Source of the DNA: Obrimoposthia wandeli
Taxonomy: Eukaryota
DNA: 64,000 nt
Direction of reading: 5' to 3'
Assembly: GCA_977020255.1 (NCBI GenBank)
Contig: CDROCS010003502.1
Coordinates: forward strand, 124,001 to 188,000
Below are positions 28,601 through 41,900 of the stretch, piece by piece. The translations under genes and the position numbers were made by a program. How positions within the stretch are numbered: the stretch's first letter is position 1; each line of letters opens with the position of its first letter. The notes under the pieces were generated by a model, which had not been told where the DNA came from, did not search any database, and saw only the letters and a program-made list of their open reading frames with translations.

Positions 28601-31600
28601 TAATTTTTAATATATAAAGTAATTGAATAATATTCTCTTTAAACTATTAACCAATAAATTAAAAATAAGGGTATTGTGAGACTTTTTTTGCAAAGTGCGA
28701 TGTATAATTTAAAAAAAAACAATTTTAATGCTATTTCTCACATTAATAATATTTTGGAGATCCATTAAAATTTGTCATAACGCTCATATAAACACAGGAG
28801 ATAAATATGTCTGTACCAATATCTACGTCTTAATAAACACAACACCCTGTGAACAATCAGAAAACCCCAAAATAAAGAACGCGTTTCCTCCAATGTTTTG
28901 CTATGAGATTTTAAGGAACATAAGCATTGAAGTCTGCTATTAGACTACTATAAATCCTATAAGATATCTCTAGGAATTTTCATAATGAATTCAAAAATTA
29001 ATAAAATTAATTAGATATAATTTCATTATGGCTTTCCCTTAAATAAACAAATCCAGCACTTAAATGTTTCTATAAGAGTAAAGACAATGTAACTGGAACA
29101 AGTGGACTTTTGTTTTATGAGTTCAAAACACCTGCAATTTAGGGGCGCAGCATTAGAGCGATAGTGTAGAAATTTGAAAAAACGGGATCGGTAAAAGATG
29201 CTCTAGAAGTGGAAGACCTACGAGAGCAACTACCGATGCAGAAGGAAATAAAATTGTAGAAAGATTGACTAGGTATTGAGCTGGGTGGTGAACAGTAATG
29301 CACAGCAATAAATTGCACGGTAAAAATATAAGATTCTCGTTTAAAAATTCTGCTTTTAAAGGTTGATATATTTTTTTGTTTTTAATTTGAATAACCTTTT
29401 TAATGTTTTGCTTTTATGTAGTGTAACATAAATTTTAACAAACTTATTGTGAAATTTTCATTCATTTTTACTTGTGTCATTTTTACCTGTGTAATTATTA
29501 TCTAAATTCGAGCTGGGTATTAGCGACGTATGCGTTTTGAAGTTGCTAAACAAAAGAAATTTGAAAGCATACATTTTGCGTTTGATGCATTTCGGGCGTT
29601 AGTGATGTTGTGGCAGGGTCAACCCCTGAGACGAGCGAGCTGTCTTGGGGCTTGGCAGTAGTACACTCAATCAAATTGGTTAGCTCAATTGTAAAGCTGA
29701 ATATCACTGACTGGATGTAAAATGGCTACAAAATGGCTACAAGCTGGAAATGCTGCTATTTATATCATTAATAGAATATTTTGGATTTATTTTATGAAAA
29801 TTGTCAAATCAAATCAAAAGCAAATGTTACAAAGTGATTAATTTTTTAATTGGATAGTAAACACTTCTTTTTTATAGCTTTTTCCAACATCTTTCTTATA
29901 TGCTGTAGTTAGCTTGCATATCTTTGTAATCTTCTTAATTTATCCTCTTCAACAATCTTAGTCATATTATTTACTCGATCTTTAAGTAAAACATGTCTGA
30001 TCATTTTCTTTCTGTGTAACTGTTAAGTTAGAAACTAACCATTTTTCCATACAGGAAATTGGACATAGTCATTGTCGTACACCGGATTGACTGAGCCTCT
30101 AGAAAGTTCACCAAGATTTATCTCATTCAAGCATTCGCAAGTTTCATGCTGCCGTTGTGATTTTGGGCTTTGAACTGCCTCGCGGACCTCATACAATCTG
30201 GTTTTTATAAATCTGAATACAAACAATCTCGCAAATTGTTTATTTTTTCTTAATTGTCGTGTAAATATTCCTCCCAAATCATTTAGGTGTCCACTAGTAT
30301 TGGTTTATCCCCTAAAGAGTACCTAAAATCATTGATCTAAGCAAAAAAATACCCTAAATCTAACATATTTTGATTTTTTCACGAAATGTGAATATTTTAC
30401 CCATACTTTCTAATTCGTTTTCTGCCATATTTATTATTAAACATTCCAAATATATTGCATAAATTATCTTTTCATGCCCATAAATTTGTCCTAAACGTCA
30501 AATAACACATAGAAAACTGAATTTTGGTCGTTTTCTTTAATGGTTTTCCCTTTTCTTTTATGGTATTCATTTTGTTTCATTGTCTTATGTATTAAAATCA
30601 CATACCAACTTTTTTTCTACCCATGCATGTTAGTGTATGTATGCGTCCATATATTTATGGAATTGATTTTGCGCCATGTTATTCATTTATGTTGAATGGT
30701 AAGTTTTTATTAGTGTGTGTTAATTTCATTTTACTATAGGTTATGGAATTCAACTTTATATCTATGGAATTCAATTGTACTGAGTGTAACATCGGTTGGG
30801 GATGGCTTGTAAATAATTAGTCGTGCCAATCACCCCAGTTATTGGCTGTCGTTGATTGTGCTACGGTACGTGGTGATTTGAAGTTAAGTGACGAATGAGA
30901 TCGATATAAATGCGTTTTAAGTAGCGTGGATATTTTTTCAAAACATCGGAAATGTTATAGACCCAATCAAATTGAATACCATAGTTGTAAAGATGAATTT
31001 CCACAACTGTATACCAATTCGAACAAAGAAAAAAAAGATGGGCACAAGAAAATATATGATTATAATTTTGATTTCTTTTATAATAATGCTTTTTGGAACT
31101 TTTAGGATCAATTTTATGAAAACTTTCAAAAGTCAAAACAAAAACCAAATTAATAAAGTAAGTATTAATAACAATTTCGATACAATACGTTCAATGACAA
31201 GTATCAGGCTACCTCTGTGATCTTGTGCTTCGATCCGCTTTGGGGACTTGTGATTTCATTTATTCGTCTGTAAATAAATATGATAAATATCTGGCTGTGT
31301 TTATTGATTCCCAATTACCGTGTCAAAAAGAAATAGTCCTACCCATTCATATAGGCGCCCACTACTATTCGTTTGTACTTTGTTTCTACCTTAAAACATT
31401 GAATTTAGCATAATATACCCTAAAACTTTCCGATTTTTTATTTTTTTTTGTTTCTACCTTTACTTCTGATTCATGTTGTGCTCTTTTATGTATAAAATTT
31501 GAAAATATATTACTTAAATTACCTTACCGTGTTCATAGATTCATCTGTAACGAAAAAATACCCGTAAATAACTTCATTTCAAAATTTTCTATGTTGCTAT

Positions 31601-32547
31601 TCAGTTTCTGTTATGGTATTCATTTATGTTGAATGGTAAGCTTTTATTAGAGTGTCTTAATCGTTAATTTCATTTTATTATGGGTTATGTAATTCAGCTT
31701 TATACCCATGGTATTCAGTTTGATCAAGGGTATATTTAGGAAAAATCAATTCGTTTGTATTTTGTTGCTGAAGATGCAGAACGAACACGTTGTCTCGCAA
31801 GGGACGTAAAAGAGCTTATATTGGTAATTTGCCGTTTATAATTACTCAATTTGGTTTACTATGTTGCATAATACATAAAATGCTCAATATGTGGTGCATT
31901 CTGATGCATATTTAACATCAAGATGCTTTTACAGATTTGAAGCATTTATTATGACAGGTATTGGATATCTTCTCCAAGAAGTTTCGGAGAATGATATAGT
32001 GCAAATACGATCCAAAAAGTCCCGCAAGTTTGTTTTACGTATCATAAATCTATCTAAAACTACTCTTAACACATAGGATATCTGAGAAAAACGAATATTT
32101 GTCGCATAAAACGTTTCAATTCAACAGATTGCTATTGGTTGCAATGATGATCAGCTTAAATTGCACAAAACTCCGAAAATTGATTATAATCCAGAGTCTA
32201 TTTTGTTATTAGAATTTGTTTTTTAGATGAAAGACAAAGTTAGCTTACTAAATAGTACATAAATACCTATTTAAAGTGCTTAAGCTCGTTGATATTGATT
32301 CGTAACAGTAATCATCTAATTTCAGCAACTTATTACACAGTTTACTATATCAACGTACCTCAACGCTGTATTTGGGATGCCCTCATCTAATTTCCGAAGT
32401 GGAACCTTTTTCAATGCAACAATTTCTCCACTCTTTTAATACAGGTAATTTATTATATATAAATATACAAACTTCAATATGTTTTGCCTTAAAAACAATT
32501 CCATGTGCACCTTTACCGATTCTTCCTAGAATATTATATTGATTCAT
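19638..32547 (-). CDS. CDK20: Cyclin-dependent kinase 20 (CCRK), 9 exons, 348 aa. Exons (minus): 32547-32473, 32432-32359, 27707-27479, 26590-26469, 25390-25328, 24996-24945, 23759-23688, 21446-21291, 19841-19638
   Basis: All introns are GT-AG with compatible phases. Protein motifs: [93 protein letters not shown]. These are diagnostic of the CDK20 family. Confidence 0.95.
20133..20868 (-). mobile_element. Internally deleted Ginger2/TDD-type element in CDK20 intron 8
   Basis: TIR TGTTAGACCAAATTT at both ends with TATA on both flanks (4-bp TSD). The interior encodes [15 protein letters not shown] and [13 protein letters not shown] joined to CSSGRCKC...CNS, i.e. N- and C-terminal parts without the DDE core. 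Confidence 0.8.
22580..23070 (+). mobile_element. pogo-like transposon 3' relic in CDK20 intron 7
   Basis: gtataagccg repeats; peptide [13 protein letters not shown]...[10 protein letters not shown] followed by an acidic tail ending NEEFDSFD. Confidence 0.6.
25760..26150 (+). mobile_element. L2/CR1-group LINE 3' relic in CDK20 intron 4
   Basis: [13 protein letters not shown]...[18 protein letters not shown] resembles the L2-type NxAAR...LHWL...I.FK C-terminal motif. Confidence 0.55.
29150..29320 (+). mobile_element. mariner/Tc1-like transposase N-terminal (HTH) scrap
   Basis: Frameshifted KFEK..SVKDA/RSGRP..ATT motif. Confidence 0.35.
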
Positions 32548-35397
32548 GAAAATATTATATATATTTAAAATTCTCAAGAATACTTATTTATCATATGTAA
32601 GGTTAAATTTAATTTTATCACTAATTATATATATTTTTTATTATATATTAATATTTAAAATTTAACATTGATATTAAATATACTTTTAAATCTTCAAAAC
32701 AAGGCACAGCATTTTTGAAACCTAAATATTTGATCATTTTCTCCAAGATTTTATGAACTTTTTTTTTTAAAACACTAAGAGGCAAAATTTATTTATTTTT
32801 AGACTAAATGAAGTGTTGTTTTTTTAATATTTTTACTCTAGAATAAGGATAACCTTTTTAAGTAGCGGAAGAAATAAACAAAATTAAATGTTAAATGAGC
32901 ATTAGTTAAATTTGATTTGGTTTATGTTTTATCTAAAATATAGTTTATCAAATTTATGATAAATATATCCAGTATGCTACGAAAGAATTTTACATCAGAG
33001 TATTTTCATGTATTCTTTGTTGCATTTATTTCAAACATGAAAATAAAAAAGCAGAATCGAGTGAAGCTCGTGGGCACACTCCAGACAAACTAAATGTATC
33101 CTTTGAATCTATTCTGCGTCCCCCTGGAATTTATAGCTATTTTTGTTTTATAGATGTACATCTTTTCATGTATTTAATATATAAAAAATAAGTCATGGTA
33201 AAGTAATAATTTATTTTCTGCATCAAATTACTTTTCATTATTAATAAATCAATATAATTTAAAATGTTGTACAAGAATTTGATACATACTTCGTTGTTTG
33301 ATTTGTATAAATATAATATTCTCATATACTGATAATATTTTTAATTAACAAAAATTATAAAATAAATGACTTTATTTACTGTAGTTTTATTTTCATTGAT
33401 AATTTTTTTGTCATTAAATAATCAACAAAATAATATATAAATAGAATATTAAAAAGTTGAAATTTCAGCATAAGGTTGTATTAGTAAATAATACAAAATT
33501 TATTTATTTTAAATCAAAATATTTCTCCATATGATTATACACATTATATATTTAAATATAAATAATTTTAAAATATTTCGTATCTAGTCTAATCTCAAGT
33601 CAATTTATTTAAACAAAATATTTTAGCCAAACTACAAGTATAAACTGTCTTTAATTTATCTGCTATAATAATAAAATTTTGTATTTTTACAAAAATTAAA
33701 ATTAATAATAACATTTTTAGCAATCACATTACAATATTTAAACAATGAAATTGTATTGAAAATTTATAATTTTTTTAAAAACAATCTTAATTATCTTACA
33801 TCAAATCTACATATGCATTAAATCTATTTTCCTGTATGCTCTATTAATATAATTTATTTCTTTAATTTTGTTACTACAGCCTATTCTTATTCATTATATC
33901 CAATCATAATTTTAATTTATACTCCAATACTAACTACTTTACATAAGTAATACTATATATTCTGTTTTGTTTCAATTTGAATTAAACAATTTATTTTTAG
34001 ATTTTACAAACTTGAGATCTGGAGGTACTGTTACAACTGCATATGATTTGAAATATATTTTTTTATTTAGTAACACTCACAAGTGTAAAATACAAGTTAG
34101 TTTAAACAATAAAATCTATGAAATCCAATGTTTGATCAAATAAAATGTTATAAAGTTAATTTTTCAAACCATAAAATATTTGAAATTCAAATTACGCTAA
34201 GCGTTAAAATAAGTTGAAGTAAAAAAGTTATTTCTCTCTTTTTAAAAATACAAAATTAAAATATTGTAAATTTGTTTCGGGTATGAAAATCAATCATAAA
34301 ATGTTCATATTTAACTCCATACAGCTTTAATAACAACTTTTATAATATAAGTTCACTAAAATACCTTGATCAAAGCATTTATGCACAGTCTTTAGCCTCA
34401 AATAAACTATTGCTGACATAGATTTGATTCAATCGACATAGATTGCTGTAGCATTTGTGCTTGGTTAAATATATCCTTAAATTGCTAAATAAAATCGGAT
34501 ACAAATAATATTTGATTAAGAATCAAATTTTTTATGTTATAAAGAAGTTTTATTTAATAGGCAATAACAACACCACTGGTCTCACAAGTCACAAATTCTA
34601 ACCCCAAACTTCCACGATTCATTATTCTTTCAAGATAATCCAATTAAGAATTTCTAAATTGGGTTGTTACACTTATAACTTTTACATAGCAGATTTTTAT
34701 CGAATATTTTTCTTAACAATATCATAGGTTTTCGACAGTTTAAAATGACTATAAACGAAATATTTGACAAAATAATTGGCTTTTTCATGATCATTTAATG
34801 TTTTCAATAAGAATTCTATCCAATCTTCTACATGAATATATCTTGTATCTAATTTAGTATGTAACTTTCAATGTAATGGATCTGATGTTGCATTACAGAG
34901 GAGATACAAATTGTCACCTTCTAACTAAAGTTAAGGAATATAGTCAGGTTTTTAAGAAGTCTTTCATCCTTGATCAATTGATTTACTATAAACACATCCT
35001 ATTTTTCTCACAACCTGATCAGCAAGATGTTCTCTAGTCCACTGGTATGCTTCACATCTACCGAGATGAGTCAAAATGTTCCAACCTTACTTCGTGAAGT
35101 TGTCAACCTGCAGCCAAACTTTGAAGCCACATTTGTCAGATGTGTTAGGCATATACATATATACAACATATCTATACCACCTTTTCATTTTAATAAATTA
35201 CTCGTCAACACAAAATGAATAATTAGGATTAAAATTATCAGTAAAATTTTCACAACTCGTTTTGTTTTGTCAGATCTAGAAAAGTATACATTGACATTAT
35301 AATGAAACCACAATTTATTGATTTTATGAATAATAATTGTAATTTTAACTATATTTATGTAATTGCGTGATATACTGGTTAGCTTTTTTTTATTTAA

Positions 35398-38285
35398 TTT
35401 TTTTTTTTTTTATAACAACAATATATATTATATTTTCGAGACACTAAAAAGCGATTTCTCGCCAGAAAAGTTACAAAAGTAACCGGCCTTCAACAGGTCC
35501 ACACAATCTCCACTCTCTGCTAGCACAGGGTCCAGTGCAGGAGCTCCTTTCCCACGTCCCAGCAGCATCTGAAGAACCCACGTCAGGTCTGAGGACGGAT
35601 ATTGTCGTCATCAGGTGGTTTCTCCATAGTTTCGGCAGTTTCCACAACTTTCGGCATTTCTGCTTCATTTGTCGGGCTCCACATCCGAATCATGTTCATC
35701 TATCTGGACCTCTGTATCTTCTGCTACAAGAGCACGGATTTGTGAGGTGAATGTCCTTGAGCAGTGGAAATGCCACATTTCCCAGCTCCATTTGATTGTC
35801 GCAGTCACAGCCTCCTTGGAGTAGTCCTTGATGACTGGCCCTTTGAGTCCTAAAAGATTGAGAAACTTGTCGTTTAACGGACACCGACTGCCAAAACCGC
35901 CCACCACGATCATGTCTACAAACACGTTCCAATTTTGGAGGCGGGACTTGATCTCAGCCCTGAGATTTTCATATTTTACTTCATTCCATAGCCGGGCTTC
36001 TGACAGGTTGGCAGCAATTGTTGTATGGCACCTTTATGTCGAGGATGACAAATCTGAGGCGCTGTTGATTTATTATTTGAATATCAGGTCTCAGATTTGT
36101 AGCTGAAAACTCGCACGTTTTGTCCACCTCGATCCTGTAGTCATTGTTCCTTTGTAGGTACTTGACCAGGATATCTTGTACGGCGTTGTGACGGGTCCTC
36201 CTTAGGGCACTTAGATTTTACAGTGACTGAAAACATGAAATTGGGTTTCTATAGTAGCATTGCAAGCACGACAATGTCTCATCTCTTGAGAGCGGCTTGG
36301 GTGCGCATTCGTAGGCAGACAGTTTGTGCGTGCACGATGAATAAATATCCAATCGTGGTAGCTGAGGCTTCCGTCGCGTATTATTGTGCTGGAGATCCGG
36401 CTGGCTGCTAGTGCTGATGCGGAAACTCCCTGAAACACTTGTGACGACCACCGGATGAAGTGGGACTTTTCAAGCAATCGACGAAGGAGTTTACACACAA
36501 CACCTTTGTTTGTGGGCTTGACAAGCTGTGGGTGAGCGCTCTCAGACGATCCAAGCTTGAGGCAAATGCCATTCTCATTCGTTAAGAATTCGCATATTAT
36601 GTTACGTTTCGACATTAAGTAATGTACTGCGTCACGTACTTTAGTCCACCAGAAATGGTAATTGTCCTGGCCTTTCCCTTCTTTAAGCCATGATAGCCAT
36701 TTAGGGTCACGTTTCAGGAGTGGAAGACGGCGATGTTTTGCAGCGACATCGTGAAGTTCTTCCCTTGCAGTATGACTCACAAGCTCATCAAAGCAGTTAA
36801 GCATTCTGAAAGCATGGACCACCGCTTGGACGGCATAGTCGTCACGGGCAGAAGTTAGGCCAAGGCCACATTGTTTGTTGGATGCGTATAGATAGGAGTT
36901 ACTGGTTGTTTTTGGCAGATGAACTATACTTTTGATAACTCCCCTAATACGAATATCATATCCACCTTGAGAGAACTTTCGATTATCCTCAGAGCGCTCG
37001 TAAGAGTGCAACAATGCAAGTCGTATCCTTGCCAGTCTCAGAGTGAACGTGAGCCTGGAGTGAATAAACGTTCTGTAGGCGTCGATCTTTGGCCAGGGCC
37101 GAAGTGTGCTTACGGCAATCTTCTCCATGTCGGAAACAGTTGTATCGAGTAGTGCTTGAGGATCTTGCCTGTGAGAATGACCAAATTCTACACCTAAGTA
37201 GTGATAAGGCGGGTCCAAGACTGTCGGCATCTCGTTTCCACTGATCATAATTCGGTACACCGGACGCACAAAAAGCGGCTGGGGCATGATATTACGCCTG
37301 CTGCAATAGAGAATGCAGGGGTCCGAAGTTGGCTTAGGAGCGGCTGGTTCTCCAGGGAGTCGTAAGTATTCGCACTTTCCAGGGTTAAATTTGAGATTTG
37401 ACCAAGTTGCCATCTCTTCGGCCTTGTCAACCATAGCTTGTAGGACATCATTAGTACTGGCAAATAAAGCCAGATCATCGGCATAAGACAGTACATCGAT
37501 CCTCTTGCCATGTAAATTAATGCCTGCATCTGGAATTTTAGATATTTCAGAAATGACCGGGTTGATACCAATGTTAAAGAGTAACATCGAAAGTGGGCAA
37601 CCCTGGCTAACTCCACGACTGATCGGGATCGCTCAAGTTGTAAGTGATCCATAGAAGTATCTGGAACCGCATTCAGAGTAGAGTGACTCGATCAAATTAC
37701 ATGAGTTCTCATTAATCCCCATTCGTCGGAGAAGACCAGACATTTGAATGATAGGCATACATCCGAATGCGTCAGATATGTCAAGGAAGCCAATGTGGAT
37801 CTTTAAAATGAAGTTGTCACGTTTCCGACTCTCGATGATGCTGTTCAGAATGAATGTATGCTCAGCGCACCCTTCGAACTTCCCAGCACTTTTCTGAAGA
37901 GGGTGCAGTAGATGGTTCTTAGTAAGCCATTGTTGCAATTGCCAGGCAAGACATGAAGTGAATATCTTGTAGCATGTATTCAGTATGGCAATAGGACGCC
38001 ATGAAGAAACCTGGTCGTACTTACCATCTTTGTTTGGTTTGGGTATCATCAATGTCCTAAACTGCCGCCAGGTCGTTGGCGTGATTCTATCAGTTATAAT
38101 CTTGTTGAATAAGCTGGTGAGTAGAGCACTGTCTGGGTCGCAGTAACAAATGTCTGAGTAGAGTACATTGTCTTCTCCGGGTGAGGAGTCAGATAGACTC
38201 TTCAGAGTCATGGCAACTTCGGTAGGAGTCATGGTGGTAAAACAGAATTCCGGGCCGTGCTTTATATTTTCCGGGCCGTGCTTTA
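35398..38285 (-). mobile_element. 5'-truncated NeSL/R2-group non-LTR retrotransposon (RT + restriction-like endonuclease), defective
   Basis: RT motifs SPGED, WRPIAI, FLDISDAFG, GVSQGCPLS and YADDL; HRARTNCLP, CCHC (CRAC...H...C), RHN and LRPDI..DIK..KY RLE. In-frame TGA at 37633 and frameshifts near 36210 and 35990. Poly(A) at 35398-35412; 7-bp TSD TATTTAA at 35391-35397 and 38286-38292. Confidence 0.92.
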
Positions 38286-41279
38286 TATTTAATAATGTTT
38301 TATATGCAATAAGTATTGAAGTACAGCTTTCTTCTATCTTTAATTTAAACCATTTACGTTTTTTTAAAAACATTTTGTCAAATATACGAAATCGAGCTTC
38401 TTGGAATATTTTGTCAACCTTGAATAAATGTATGTGAGAAACGAAAAAATTAATAGTTTAAAGTGAAAGCATCTTGGTGTACCTGCTATCGTTATGAATA
38501 CTTATAACATGCTGCATATTTGGATATAACGTTAAACAAATTAGATTTAATTTTTTCAAAAAAGACGAAATCGGGCTTCAAATGTTAAATGTATACGATT
38601 TGTATGTAGTACCTATTTTGATTTTCAGTTGGTGCTTTGAGACCCACTGAGAATAATTCCACAGAATGCTTATTTTTGCACTTGATCGCTTACTGACATC
38701 AGATTCAACATCCAGGCTGTCTATATACGCGACCTCTTATCAGTAGGATGCTATTGATGCAACTCTCAGGTATTTCTTTATGAGAAATTACGACAACTGT
38801 GATTGTTACTTGTATGATATTATATCTCAAATACAGAGGGTAAAGCTATAAGGTTTGTATGTAGTACCTACTTTGATTTTCTCAAATCTGAGTATACTTA
38901 TGGCTGTCTATATACGCGACCTCTTATAACAATTATAACAATAAGTAAGGACTCAAAACAAAATATATTGAAACAAAGTTGGTACAAGTTAGTCTACTAC
39001 GAGTTTACAAACAGTTAGAAAAGTTGTCTTACTTTTGTGCATGTCCTATGTACTGAGTTCCGTGTTGGGATAGTCAGGTAAATGATATGTGAAATATAAA
39101 AAGGATGGGACCATAAAGTTGTGTTTAAAAAAGTCAATTGATCTTACTTACGATGTCCTCCAATGTCTTGCTTATCACTATGTATCGTATTTTGATTTCC
39201 CCTTGTGATTATCTCGCTTTAATACTGAAAAGCTCGGTGGTGGTTACATGATCCAACGGCCAATGAAGTGAAGTTTTCGGTCAGCGTCTTTCTCCCTTCT
39301 CTCTTCTCAACTATTCCTAAAAACGCCCTCTCTCCTATCTGCATACTGCCTCAACTTGCATGAAAAATTTATAGTCGGTACGTGAGATGACGTTGGTTAG
39401 ATCAATTAATCTTAATTTATTTTCTTAAAATTTTGATTTGATTTAATTATTTACACCATCTTTTTAAACAAAGTATTGGCCGGCAGTATAAATATAGCTA
39501 AATTTGTTTGTTCATTTTTGGATCTTAACAATTTGTAAAATATTTAAATGACTTCTGTTTTCCATTATATTTCTGAATTTTATTTGTTTATAATGTAATG
39601 AAATAATGTAATTATCGTTTGTATTTTCAAGTCATTTGACATTAAATACATCTTTAGAAATTTTCCTCTATTTTATCCTTTCTATTATTTTGTCTTTAGT
39701 ATCCTTGTGTCAATATCCTGTGTACTGATAGTAAATTCACATTTTATTTTATTTATTCTGTGTTGAATTGTGGTATATTTCATATAACAAAAATAAATTT
39801 AACCCATTTAAGATTTGTGTTTTTCAAAGACAAACACCTACACATCGAAACATCTAACCTTCCAATTTTGAGACATCGCTAAGAACTTATGAACTAGTGG
39901 CTTCCATAAGAAGTGTAATACTTTTATTGGTGGAAATAGTTGGGAATTTTAGTATAGAATAATCGAAAGAGAAAAATTTTGATCATTAACCAAGGCACTT
40001 TTAATTAATTTACATAATATATTTGTCTGACGACAATGATTAAAAAGATAAAATAACACATATTTTCAAGCATGAAGCACGATTTTTCTTTAAATTAAAT
40101 TGAAAATACGGACAAAGCACGTTGTCCTTTTAATATAATTGTACAGACAATGTTAGTAAAATTCCCTCGATATAAAAAGCTTCATTTCATGGGTATTTTC
40201 ACGGAAAGTTCAAGTCATTCAATAAATACTGTGTCGATTTGATCTACTGCGATGATGATGACGATGAACAGAACAGAGCAATGTCCACGAGGTAAATTGA
40301 ATTGGGAAATTCTTTCGGGGAATGATGGTGAGCTCATGTAGTTTATCCTGAAAAAATGTCTTATAGAATTTGATTTGAGTAAATTTTGTTTTGCTTTTTA
40401 TCAGATTCGTGGTTTAGCTTTCCTCAATTCAAGATCGAAATTATGTGGCTTGTGCACAAATAAATACGATAAATGAGCTATATAAAATAAACATTACATA
40501 ACAATTAAATGATTTTCATGGAACTATAATAGCAATTATTAGCAGAAACTCTGAAACCTTCCAGCCAGAATAAATTCTCTCATCAGTAGATGATAGAGCC
40601 GATGCTGCATACAATTCTCGCCATTGCAAATGGGTAATAATGTACTCATCAAATTTCGCATTTATGAATAACAATACTAATAAAAACAGTGTTTTTGTAT
40701 TCAGATATGTTGCTGCATATAATTAAATTTTAGAAACCGCAAATCAAGAAGATGATGTGTTTCGTCACCATTTCGGTAATGAGAATTTATTCCAGCTGAA
40801 ATTTCAAGATTAGAGATGGTTAGCTATATTATTGGATATTTGACGATGAAGCGTTTTACTTTTATCGTCTGAGAAGATATAAAATGGATTTGAACAGAAT
40901 ATTCTCAGTATCCTGTATATGCATGCATTTACATATATATAGCATTTTAACTCCCCATCTCCAACTGAGTTCTCGGTTCTCGATTTATGCAAAATGATGC
41001 TTGTTTAACTAAGAAAATATTTCTAATTTCCAATTATATTGTGCTTAAATTTTGTTTAATCAATGACGTTTTCATAATAAAGTGAACTAAAGTGATTAAA
41101 GAGGTACGTTTTGTCGTGAAATTCATAGATATGATACATTAAATTTCATTTGTTTAATAATTTTTACATTTGGTTAAAAACTTTCATTCGCCATATTTTT
41201 GGTAGAAATTATGCTTTAAACCGCTATTGAGGTAAACTTATGTTTATTGACTTTTTGAATAAATTTGATAATGATGATC

Positions 41280-41900
41280 AAATCGAGTGTAAAATCGAAA
41301 GTGGTCATCTGAGGAAATTGAGTCAAAATGACTTGATAACATTGAATAAATCGCTTAACCACAAGACTGTCAACTCATAAGATGAACTTGTTCAACGTAA
41401 CTTAGGCCATGTTTTGAAGAAATTTCAATACAAATGGTGTATTTTAGAGAAAGAGAAGAAGGGCACCGAAGACCATTGCTAAACAGAGACAAACAAATAA
41501 TTTGGAACTTTTATGAGATGGTATATTCGAAGCTGGAATGCTTGGTAAATCTGAGTCTTATGCAGATGATCCATACTAAACTCTTAATGATATTAAGTTA
41601 TGAGGTGAGCGGCCAAAAGCATGAAACAAGCGTGTTAGCCTCTTTTGATAGGTATGTGTAACAAGATAGATATATTCCAAAATTACTTGACTTGATTGAT
41701 TTCAATTATAAAAACAGAGATGATGTAATTATTTGGCCAGATTTGGCAACTTGTCACTATGCTCATCAAAATCACAAATATACGAACCCCAGTTTGACTT
41801 ACGTGTCTAGGAAAATGAATCCTCACCACAACCCTTCAAATCAGGCCTGTTGGAAGTTTCGGGAGAGAATATGATATGCCTACCATTATTGGTAAGTTCA
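41280..41900 (+). mobile_element. Tc1/mariner-superfamily transposase relic
   Basis: IIWPDLATCHYA and a frameshifted NP...RPVG.F segment (cf. FWPDLASxHY / RPIENFW). Confidence 0.6.

Noticed and set aside
35391-38292. SL-RNA or U2 snRNA target flanking the NeSL-like element
   Set aside because: Flanks are AT-rich with no recognisable snRNA or SL sequence.
38590-38930. Short direct repeats (tttgtatgtagtaccta..., ggctgtctatatacgcgacctcttat)
   Set aside because: Looks like a local duplication with deletion; nothing suggests function.
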